From positions 620,001-684,000 of the forward strand of contig JAKMXF010000144.1 of NCBI GenBank assembly GCA_024704765.1: a stretch of 64,000 nt of DNA. The letters run 5' to 3'. The position numbers were made by a program, and so were the translations under genes. Positions 1-10,407 of the stretch are shown in pieces (position 1 is the stretch's first letter; each line of letters starts with the position of its first letter). Under the pieces are notes generated by a model, which was not told the origin of the DNA, searched no databases, and worked only from the letters and a program-made list of their open reading frames with translations. Source of the stretch: Oopsacas minuta (Eukaryota > Animalia > Porifera).

Positions 1-42
1 TCTAGTTAGTTGTATATTTATTGGTGTATCTATCTTGTCAAG

Positions 43-3000
43 GTATGGGGATAGGCACTGAAGGGAAGAGATATAGAGTTGTGACACTGAGTGGAGATGT
101 GGTGGATAAGAGTGGTACTATGTCAGGGGGAGGGAAACAGGTTTCTAGAGGAAGAATGTCAGCTAACATTCAACAAGAATTCAGCCCTGTGCAGGTTCTT
201 ATCTTTTTCATTGTTCTTTCCTTCCTAATTACTTTCAAGACGAAGAATTGCTACTAATACGCATAGGCGCCGAAAGTGGGAGGGTCAGAGAGGATAGGTA
301 CCCCTACGCCCTAGTATTGAGGGAGCGTATACCTAAACTAGTAGTCAATGAGGTACATCCCCTGAGCTTAGGGAGGCTTCGCAGTCATGCTAGTAAGTAA
401 GAATTGAGTATGACGTCATAATTTTATGAAACTAATCAAAAAGGCAAGGTTCGTCTGGGTCTCGAACCCAGGACCTTCTGCGTGTAAAGCAGACGTGATA
501 ACCACTACACTAACGAACCAAGATTCTTATTAATTCTTACTGTTATGACTTTTGTAAAAACATCTTAAGAAAGTTGCTACAAAATAATTGAATGTTTTTG
601 TTTTAGAAATACACAAATTTGCTAGTATTATTCTATAGAGAGATAAGACTGACGTTGCGAATGTGTATGTGTATAGTAGCAGTTTTGAAAACACTGACTT
701 ATCATTGTATTTATGTCCCTATTTATGTCCAATCTGTATATAATATGCATTATCATAAGTTCTGGCACAATCTATTGTTAATATTTGCAAACATAATCTC
801 TGCCAGAGAAACTTGTGTTGATAATATGTAATTCCTAAACTGATTAGCTTACCGGCCTTTCGGATACGCGTATTAGCCAAGTAAAGGAAATGTCAATCCA
901 AATAGGATACAAGATTAGTGTTGCACGTAATCGCATTTATAACTGCCCTTATTAAATGTGTTACTTGTTTTATCTATTCCTCGTTACGCTACGTGTATAG
1001 AATTGCCCTGTGATGAGCTGTATTACAGCATATTGCTCCTACTGAGTGTGTACTTGATGAGGTGTTATACTGAGGGCTTATGATGCAAATTCGTTTGCAA
1101 AATATATCTAATTAATGGTGGAAAAATATAATTTTTGTTGTGGTTTGTGTTTACTTAACCCATTATTTGGAATTTATTTTCCACTCATTTTCAGATTGAA
1201 AGTCTTGAGAAAGATACAGCTAAGCTAAAGCATGAACTGGAAGAGTATCAGAAACGCAAGCGAGTAGCTGAAAGCAAGTTATCTCTCCTACAAACTGAAG
1301 TACAGGAGAATGAGAGTAGATTACAGAAAGCTAGCCTGGATATTGACTTCTGTTCTGCACAATGTGAAGTTTACAAAACCCAGCTGAATGAGCTCATGAG
1401 TAACAGAGTTACTGTGGATCCTAAGGAAGTAGAGAGGCTAGAGAAAAGATACAAGGAATGTCAGGACGTGTATAATCAAATACATACCAAGTTCTCTAAG
1501 TCTGAAGCTGAAGTAGAGAAGTTAGATGAACGGATTAATGCAGTAGGAGCTGATAAGGTTCAAGCACAGCAGAAAAAAATTAATTCTGTCAAGAAAGAAT
1601 TGGATGATCTGAAAAGTAATATCTCTAAAGCAAATGTAAGTTTGTAAATTCGTACAATACCAAGTTTTTTGGTTTGGGATTCGCTCTAATGTCAATATTT
1701 CTTATACTTTTATAACAAACAAACAACAGGTGTAAACATTTCACCATATTTATCCACACAAAATGAGCTTAATATAAAATTTATTATCATGCAAGAATTC
1801 ATTCTCAAGAAATAATGTTTGCTAATTAGTCTTCATTCACAGTTTGAGGTAAAATGTCTTCCATTTCTATTCCGTGGTCATTCAGCAATATTCATTCGTT
1901 CATGAATTCTATACTTTCTATGGAGATAGTATCGTTTTGTAGCTAATATTATCCATGGTATTAATGAGAGAATCACAACTATTGCTGTAATTGAGTATGC
2001 TACAGCGATCTGATATGAGATATTATCATTAGTAATTAATCCACATGTACTTGTATTATTCGTACCATTTGCTAATTCAAATCCTGGATGACAAGTACAC
2101 CAGTGAAATGATCCATTATACTCACATATCTGTTCACATCCACCATTCCTGATGACACATGGAGACAGACATATGAATGAGTCTACTGTGTTAACACACA
2201 TTCTGTCTCCACAGGGGGCGGGAATACGAGAACATGAGTCTAGATCTACACATCTGTAGTCTGACACCTGTCCATATCCAGGAGGACATGCACTACACTG
2301 GTAGCTGTTAACTGTGTTGTAGCAGGAGAGATTAGAGGGACAGAGAGGAGTAGACTTATTCATACACTGTAGAGAAAGTGAGAGAGGAGGACATGACTCG
2401 TATACATATGGTGATGTAGCTGTTAGGTCGTTATATGGATACTGACAAGCAGGGGCTATAAATGGGAAATCGTATTTCTGTATAGCTACAGATATCCATT
2501 GGAGAGCACAGGAACAACAATTGAGAGGATTATCTGACACATCAATACTTGATAATTGTGGAAATTGTTGAAATGTTTGTAAGTAGAGATTTGTTAAGTT
2601 GTTGCTCTTGAGAGATATGTTGTTGAGTGCATGAGAGTCTGAGAACTGATTCTCTGAGATAGACTGAATGTTGTTATTATCTAAATTGAGTGAAATGAGA
2701 GAAGAGAGATCTTTGAAAGCTAGTTCTGATATTCTGGAGATTGGTGGAGAGGAATCATTTATTTGTAAGTCTTTAAGTTGATATAAACCTCCTACAAATT
2801 CCTCTTGTATACTTCTGTTGCTATTATTTGAGAAGTATACGTGATTAATATGGAGATAAGTTAGAGAGTATAGATGAGTGAAGGATGGGAGAGATTGGAA
2901 TATTACATTAGAGATACTTATCTTCTCGATTCGTGGAAAATGTGAAAAGAATGAATTATTGTCGATAGAATATTTCCCTGTAACTGCATTGTCAGTAAAT

Positions 3001-6000
3001 AACGTTAGTGTACGTAGATTCTCACTATTATTTGTTGAAGTTAGAGATATTGATGAGTTCTGTCGATTAATTATAAAAGATATAATATATTATCAGCTAT
3101 CTGGTCCAGTTTAATTTCTCCAACTAGAGGGATCATTATGTTTAACTCAAAACCTGTTAAACTACAGTTACTAGTACAATCATTGATAGCTTTATTTACT
3201 AAAGCAGCACTGTTTTTATTTGTTAGATTACATATCAGTATCCTGCCATTATTCTTGCAGCTGAGAGCATCGCTGAAGTTTGTATCTGTTATATCAGCAC
3301 CCGCAATAGCACAGCTAATTATTGCCAGTATAAAATATATTAACTTCATATTATTTGTATGTTATAGGTCTTCGAGTCGGTTTAAATAGTAACATTTAAA
3401 TTTTCCTATTGTAAGAAGATATCTAGCTTAATGTCCTACAGCATGAATAAAAACATACTGATATAGCATTATACTACTATGTGTAAGCATAACACAACAT
3501 ATTCATGTTATTTGCATTAATGGTAATATCATATCTTATCCGTCTTCCGTTTTAACAAGAGCCTATTATGTATATACTGTTGGTTTCTATACTGAATAAC
3601 AGGCAGTGGGAGCTGGTACGGCACCAATAATTCGCAATTTCTATTAATGCAGTACCGATACAATATACCTCGCTTCACCAATGATTTTTGCTTCCTACGT
3701 CTAATACTGTCCTAATACAACATATATTTATTCTATCATAGAGCCTGCAATACATTTTCATAGTTAATGATAACACATGAGTGGTGAGATCTACTTCTAT
3801 TATACAAAGTTTCAGCCTTCTGTTCTGTCCAAACTTTTTGAATATGTACTTAATCTGGTGGGAGTATTTGTAATTAATATCTAGGCTCATAACAATAGTA
3901 ACTTATATTGTACATATTGCAGGTATAACTAGTCCATACAGTATAGTTATAGCAAATATGAAGTTAATGTATTTTATACTGGCAATAATTAGCTGTGCTA
4001 TTGCGGATGCTGATATAACAGATATATGCTCCAGTAATGCTCTCAGCTGCAAGAATAGTGGCAGGATACTGATATGCAATCTAACAAATACGAGCAGTAC
4101 TGCTTCAGTAAATAAAGCTATCAATGATTGTACTAGTAACTGTAGTTTAACAGGTTTTGAGTTAAACATAATGATCCCACTAGATGGAGAAATTAAACTG
4201 GACCAGATAGCTGATAATATATTATATCTTTTTATAAATAATCGACAGAATTCATCAATATTTCTAACTTCAACAAATTATAGTGAGAATCTACGTACAC
4301 TAACGTTATTTACTGACAATGCAGTTACAGGGAAATATTCTATCGACAATAATTCATTCTTTTCACATTTTCCACGAATCGAGAAGATAAGTATCTCTAA
4401 TGTAATATTCCAATCTCTCCCATCCTTCACTCATCTATACTCTCTAACTTATCTCCATATTAATCACGTATACTTCTCAAATAATAGCAACAGAAGTATA
4501 CAAGAGGAATTTGTAGGAGGTTTATATCAACTTAAAGACTTACAAATAAATGATTCCTCTCCACCAATCTCCAGAATATCAGAACTAGCTTTCAAAGATC
4601 TCTCTTCTCTCACTTCACTCAATTTAGATAATAACAACATTCAGTCTATCTCAGAGAATCAGTTCTCATACTCTCATGCACTAAGCTACATATCTCTCAA
4701 GAATAACAACTTAACAAATCTCTACTTACAAACATTTCAACAATTTCCACAATTATCAAGTATTGATGTGTCAGATAATCCTCTCAATTGTTGTTCCTGT
4801 GCTCTCCAATGGATATCTGTAGCTATACAGAAATACGATTTCCCATTTATAGCCCCTGCTTGTCAGTATCCATATAACAACCTAACAGCTACATCACCAT
4901 ATGTATACGAGTCATGTCCTCCTCTCTCACTTTCTCTACAGTGTATGAATAAGTCTACTCCTCTCTGTCCCTCTAATCTCTCCTGCTACAACACAGTTAA
5001 CAGCTACCAGTGTAGTGCATGTCCTCCTGGATATGGACAGGTGTCAGACTACAGATGTGTAGATCTAGACTCATGTTCTCGTATTCCCGCCCCCTGTGGA
5101 GACAGAATGTGTGTTAACACAGTAGACTCATTCATATGTCTGTCTCCTAGCAACCCATGTGACATCAGGAATGGTGGATGCGAACAGAAATGTGAGCATA
5201 ACGGATCATCTCATTGGTGTACTTGTTATCCAGGATTTGAGCTCATAGCACTACTGGAGAATGTGCTAATACAGTTTCCAGCTTCGGGCAAGAAATATTT
5301 TATCTGATGCTAGGAGTTATATTGATTCTAGCCATCATACTATGGATTATAATAGCTGTAGGGTTTATTATGCTATGTTGCTATTTGAACCGAAACAAAT
5401 TCAAACAGTACCACATTCTAAAACCTGAGAGAGAGCCACCTCGCCTACATCCCATGAGTTATGACGTAATCCCTCTCCTTGGTATGGATAACTCTGTAAC
5501 CGATCCAAACTCTAATGATAGTTTAGATGAATACGACTAAGTTCTGTATCATACATTTACGTGAAGTATATTTCAGTGGTATTTATATGTTTTATTGTTA
5601 CACAATATAGTGTTTGTACAAGTAATATTTTCTTATGAATCAATAGTTATTATACAATATTTTCAGGTTAGCATTGCTTCCAATGAACGTAACATAGCTA
5701 AATGCAGTGACCAGATAGAATCCTGCAAACAGGATATAAAGGAAGCAGAAGAGAGGAAGATTAATATATCAGAGGAGTTGTCTAACTTAGAACAAGAAGT
5801 TATGCGTGTGATGAGTCAGTTTGAGAAACATATAGAGGGTAGAGACGATATTAGAGAGGAAGTAGAGCTGATTAAGAGCGAGCTAACTGAACTAACTAAC
5901 TCACTAAATAAACAGAAGTATGATTTACAGGATCTTAAGAATGAGAAAGAGAAGTATGAGCAAAACTCTACATAATATTTGATACAGACATTTGTTATAT

Positions 6001-7485
6001 TACAAATTATATTCACATAGATTAGACAGTGTAATGAAACAATACAAAGATAAAGATAAATATTACAAAGATCAGCTCAAGAAACTAAAATTTGACTCTA
6101 CTCCTCCTTCTCCTCCCACTGAAGAACAGCTGCAAGAAATGATTAAGGAAGATTTAACCACAGAAGTTTCTGTAGAAGAAGAGAGATTGAGTGTAATGAA
6201 GCCTAACCTAGCTGCTATAGAGGAGTACAGGAAGAAGGAAGAAGTATACAAGAAAAGGTAGATAAACATTATTTGCATTATAAGCATTTTGAGCATAGCT
6301 GAGATACTCCCAGGATAGACATGATTATTGTGTGCATTTTGACGAAATAATAAATTTATGTGTCTTTTAATCCTACTTATTTCTCCAGAGTAGAAGAAGT
6401 GGATAAAGTAACAGGTGATCGTGACGTAAAGAAGAAGGAGTATGATGACTTAAGAAATCGTAGACTTACAGAGTTCATGGCTGGGTTCATTCAGATTACA
6501 ATAAATCTCAAAGAAATGTATCAAATGTTAACATTAGGAGGAGATGCTGAGTTAGAACTAGTAGATACACTAGATCCATTCTCAGAGGGAATAATCCTGA
6601 GTATTAGACCTCCTCGCAAGAGCTGGAAGAATATCAAGAATCTGTCTGGAGGAGAGAAGACACTCAGTTCATTAGCATTGGTTAGTAAATTTCTCATATT
6701 CCCGATACAGTCAACTCCTCCGTTATATAGAACACAGATATACCAAAATACCCGCTTATATCCAAGTCTGTAATTGTACAAATATGGTCCCAATCCGTCA
6801 AAGTAACATATTTTTCATTGGTTACATCGAATTTCATTTATATTGAATTATCGCGGTTTCTTAACCTTCGATATACCGGGTGTTGACTGTATTTCTTATT
6901 AACTATTTTCGTATTTACGAGTACATATTAGATATTACTCTTTTTACGAATGAATATTTAAATAATTAATGGTTAATATCATTATCTAAATACAAATTGA
7001 GTGTAGCTTCTTGCTGTTGTATCTGCTGAGCCTGTTGTTGTACAGTACTCTCTAGCTCTCCTATGTACTCTTGTAATCCCTCTATGTATTGCATCAGTTT
7101 CAGTTTCCTCTCTATTTCATCTCGGAGTCTGTTACGTGTATTCTCCAGCTCTGCTCGTAGAGTGTCAGTGTCTAAATCTGTGTTGTTTTCATTGCTATTC
7201 TCCATTAGAGCTAAAATCGCAATACAGTGTAACGTTATTAAATATTATTTTTAGATATTCGCACTACACCAATACAAGCCTAGCCCCTTGTACATAATGG
7301 ATGAAATAGATGCAGCGCTGGACTACAGGAACGTATCATTATTAGGACATTATATCAAAGAACGGACAAAGAATGCTCAGTTCATTGTAGTCAGTCTAAG
7401 GAATTATATGTTCGATCTAGCTGACAGACTGGTGGGTATATACAAGATTCATGACGTCACAAGTTGTATTACTACTACACTCTGA
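43..7485 (+). CDS. SMC4: Structural maintenance of chromosomes protein 4 (condensin), 5'-partial, spliced
   Basis: Exons 43-194, 1195-1635, 5667-5953, 6021-6257, 6389-6680, 7255-7485 join in frame at GT-AG sites. Hinge RVVTLSGDVVDKSGTMSGGG, coiled coil, signature LSGGEKTLSSLAL, Walker B/D-loop FALHQYKPSPLYIMDEIDAALD; stop at 7485. Confidence 0.95.
447..519 (-). tRNA. tRNA-Val, anticodon TAC (inside SMC4 intron)
   Basis: Reverse complement GGTTCGTTAGTGTAGTGGTTATCACGTCTGCTTTACACGCAGAAGGTCCTGGGTTCGAGACCCAGACGAACC folds as a cloverleaf (acceptor GGTTCGT/ACGAACC, anticodon loop TT-TAC-AC, T-loop TTCGAGA). A T5 Pol III terminator follows at 438-442. Confidence 0.95.
1878..3349 (-). pseudogene. LRR-LRRCT-EGF transmembrane receptor, copy 1; 1-nt frameshift at ~3075-3078 (pseudogene or assembly indel)
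   Basis: Signal peptide MKLIYFILAIISCAIAG at 3349. The T-run is 4 nt versus 5 nt in the + copy, giving a stop at 3071. The downstream frame matches the + copy LRRs and is open to 1878: LRRCT NPLNCCSCALQW, three EGF-like modules, TM IAVAYSITAIVVILSLIPWIILA. Confidence 0.85.
2065..5240. repeat. Inverted duplication: arms ~2065-3349 and ~3958-5240, spacer ~608 bp
   Basis: Line-by-line reverse complement of 2521-3060 matches the + copy with only a handful of substitutions. Homology begins near the ATGs and ends after the last EGF. Confidence 0.95.
3958..5540 (+). CDS. LRR-LRRCT-EGF receptor, copy 2; 1-nt frameshift at ~5245-5247 separates ectodomain (3958-5307) from TM/tail (to 5540)
   Basis: Signal peptide, LRRs (LTSLNLDNNNI, LSYISLKNNNL), LRRCT, EGF repeats. 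The -1 frame after GFEL reads STTGECANTV...MLGVILILAIILWIIIAVGFIMLCC, supplying the missing sixth EGF Cys and a TM helix. Intronless, inside SMC4 intron 1636-5666. Confidence 0.85.
6706..6891. mobile_element. MITE family A (Tc1/mariner-pogo-like, TA-flanked), in SMC4 intron
   Basis: TIRs TA-CAGTCAACTCC...GGGTGTTGACTG-TA; internal GAAATTGTACAAATATGGTCCCAA-like core shared with seven other copies in the window. Confidence 0.85.
6966..7205 (-). CDS. Small 79-aa predicted coiled-coil protein, antisense in last SMC4 intron
   Basis: ATG-to-stop ORF with heptad-like AELENTRNRLRDEIERKLKLMQYIEGLQEYIGELESTVQQQAQQIQQQE; less AT-rich than the flanking intron. No recognised homologue. Confidence 0.5.
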   Translation of the reverse strand: MENSNENNTDLDTDTLRAELENTRNRLRDEIERKLKLMQYIEGLQEYIGELESTVQQQAQQIQQQEATLNLYLDNDINH

Positions 7486-7790
7486 TTTAGATATTAGGTA
7501 GACCAATCACTTCAATTTTATTAATTCAAATGAGACAGAATTATCCTACTTTGTAATGTCTGTTTATCGAATTGATTACTGAATTTGTTGTAGCCTTATA
7601 ATTACATACAAATATATTCTAATTGAAATTCTGCTTGAATATTCATCTAAGGTTATTATTAAATGAATGTTTGTATGCCTCAATCTAAAATGCGAAATTC
7701 TCAAGAACTTTTAGTCAATGATTTATATATGGCGAAATACAATTTCCTCTTTTCACTTCAATTGAATTCGCTATTAGGTAGGTATCTTCC

Positions 7791-9815
7791 ATGTTATACC
7801 GAAGATATTTCATCCTCATTCCAATCTTATTCCACCTGGCCTACGGACTACTAGATACAGGAAACCAGAACATTTACGTGAATATTTTCAAGTCTGCACA
7901 CCCTTATAAGAATCTAGAGACTGCATTCCAAGCTACCTCTGGTCTCTCTAAGCTAGTGCATAGTATCGCGAAACAAGATAAGATATGTGAATTTGTCAAA
8001 CAGAGAGTAAAGGATGAATTAGATTCTCTCTTCTATGCAACTTCTATAAAGAAATTACTGAAAAAATGCTCTTTTGAGATCAGTAAATCAGCTGAGGATC
8101 TGATAGCTAAAACAATCACGAATCCTGGTAATGACGTAACAGCTTTATACTATGCACTTGAGATACAGAAGAATCTGGGAACGAAAGATAAGTTTGATTC
8201 TCTGACAGAGATATTGAGAGGAGTGAATAAATCTACTGTTATACAACACTCGCGACTTTTGAAGGTTGCTACATTCTTACCAGAATCTGCTGCTGATGAA
8301 TTTCTATCTGAAATATCTACAATAATAGATCGAGCAGATGAAACAAAAATAACTCGTTATTTCTCGGAAGGATTTCCTGCAACAGTAGAATTCCTAACTC
8401 ATGCTTTTGCATTAGCTGATTATGTCAATGAGAAACCTCCAATCGATCCTGAGACTATACAGAAGTTCTTGACAGAGATAGCATTCCATAAACACATGGA
8501 AACGGTAGTTGATAGCTATGGAGTATTATCTATAATGTCTGCTATGAGTCACAGTACATTATATTCTCCCATCTCAGCTCGTATTCCTGAAGAAATGCCT
8601 TACCTCTCTAAGTCAAATTCCAATCTTGATATCCTAGTTACGGACCTCATGAACAACCCAGCTGTTACAGGTGTCACTGTAAGTGTAAGGGAGTATATTT
8701 ATGGTGATAAGAAGGAAACAGTGTCAGTTAACATGATGATGGAGTATACTTCTAAGGGAATATATAGGATAAGTCTCCCTAGCTTACCTCCCTTAGGACT
8801 GGTTAGCTTCACATTAGATATCAGAGCTGATAATACATATATACCGACTGAAGTAACTGTTCTGACGAAAGTAATTACAACTATAGAGGTAAGAATAATG
8901 TAGATTTGTGGGTACAGTGTAACCTCCATCAACGGGGAATTTGGCAGAAATGGAGAAATTCTGATTTTTCGGCTCCCTGACAATCCCGTTTGTGGAGGTT
9001 ACATTATAATATATCTAGAAAAATTATTTCTTCAATAGGTGGATAAACTTGAGTTTTCAATTCGAGAACGAGAGCACACGATGTCTACTACTGAAGAAAC
9101 AGTGAGATATCCTGGTACTCTATCCTCTCAACAATCAGCTGATCACCGTCAAGTTATTGTTATTAAACTTAACATATTCAATACAGTAGGTGAGCCATTC
9201 AATCCACAACAAGTGTTCGCTTGTTTTGTACAGAATAAGACTTCTAATGAAGTGTTCTTTATCGGACAACCTTCAACAACTGGAGATGATCATTACGTCA
9301 TCACAATAGATCTAAGTGCAGTAGAGAAAGAATCATTTCGTCTCATATCAGGTGTATACGATTTCTCTATGATAATGGGAGATGTGTTGATTTCTAACCC
9401 AACTAAATGGAATATTGGTACAATAGAGTTTACATTCCATCCCAAACCACCTGCTCCAGAACCGGAAATTTATTTTGAACCACTTCCTGAAATTCATCAC
9501 CAGTTTAAAACTCCTGAGCCAAGACCTCCTGCTATTTTGTCGAATATATTCTGCATTGTTGTTCTGAGTCCATGGTTAATCCTGCTGGTTATGTGGCCTC
9601 AAGTAGGAGCTAATATTCGCAATCTCTTCTCTTTCGGGTTATCAGGAATGGTATTCCAAATCTCATTATTTAGCATAGCCTGTCTCTACTGCTTATACTG
9701 GTGGAAGCTAAACATGTTTCAGACTCTGTTCTATCTCAGCGGACTCACTCTAATCGCGTTTCTCTCCGGACATAGAACGCTTAGGAATCGTGCTGCTAAC
9801 AGAATGTCTAAGTAA
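7791..9815 (+). CDS. RPN2: Oligosaccharyltransferase subunit ribophorin II
   Basis: Exons 7791-8888 and 9039-9815 (phase 0), ~624 aa. Signal peptide, FNPQQVF, IMGDVLISNPTKWNIG, LPEIHHQFKTPEPRPP and three C-terminal TM segments typical of RPN2/Swp1. Confidence 0.9.
8913..9008. mobile_element. Short TA-flanked MITE in RPN2 intron
   Basis: Imperfect ~22-bp TIRs CAGTGTAACCTCCATCAACGGG / CCCGTTTGTGGAGGTTACATTA, with TA on both sides. Confidence 0.7.
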
Positions 9816-10116
9816 TTATCTATGCTACTGGAATAACCGGAAATTGATATGGTAACATAGTTCAATTTAGTTTGATAGGTTTATTGAATTGTTATTAGCC
9901 TAATAGCTTGTGAAGTAGAAATGGTAAAATATTCTGGCATAATATTGGAGGGACTCAAGTTTAATTATGAGAGCATGTGTTGAGAGCTTTTTTGAAATAT
10001 TGCCCGAATCGGATAAAGAATTGGTAAAATGGTAATATTCGACATGTCACATGTGTTACATAATTGAACATGACAGATCAAGGAATAATTTCTAATATTT
10101 GTGAGAAATAATATAG

Positions 10117-10356
10117 AACGTATTTCCATGAATAAGCGCTAGGGGCTAGGAAAAGGTTCCAAGACTTCTGAATAAAAATGTATCACCACCCTCTATAATA
10201 CTTTTCGATGAAATATACACTTCTTTTGACTATGCAATAATTAGGATAATTATTTTCCAACAATCATTTGTATTTTCAAAAATTGTTAAAATTTTACGCG
10301 AAAAAATGGCGACCAAAATATTTAGCTGCCAGACGCTTATTCAGGGAAATACGGTA
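10117..10356. mobile_element. MITE family B (pogo/Tigger-like TIR), upstream of PI3K
   Basis: Left ACGTATTTCCATGAATAAGCG and right CGCTTATTCAGGGAAATACGGTA are inverted repeats; the same TIR occurs at 26546-26604 and 32471-32529. Confidence 0.7.
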
Positions 10357-10407
10357 TTCATTATTAATCCTCTTTTCTGACTTCTATATTATTAGTTTCT
10401 GTGTTTC

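Noticed and set aside
260-390. GC-richer segment before the tRNA as an ncRNA
   Set aside because: No recognisable snoRNA or snRNA boxes; ends TAGGCG...CCTACGCC suggest a decayed repeat.
2878-4169. Duplicated short ORFs 3138-3389(+) and 3903-4169(-), and 2878-3114(+)
   Set aside because: They are antisense shadows of the two LRR-EGF copies; their similarity is just the inverted duplication.
5450-5475. ITIM in the LRR-EGF tail (MSYDVI)
   Set aside because: The -2 residue is Met rather than S/I/V/L; at best a generic YxxPhi motif.
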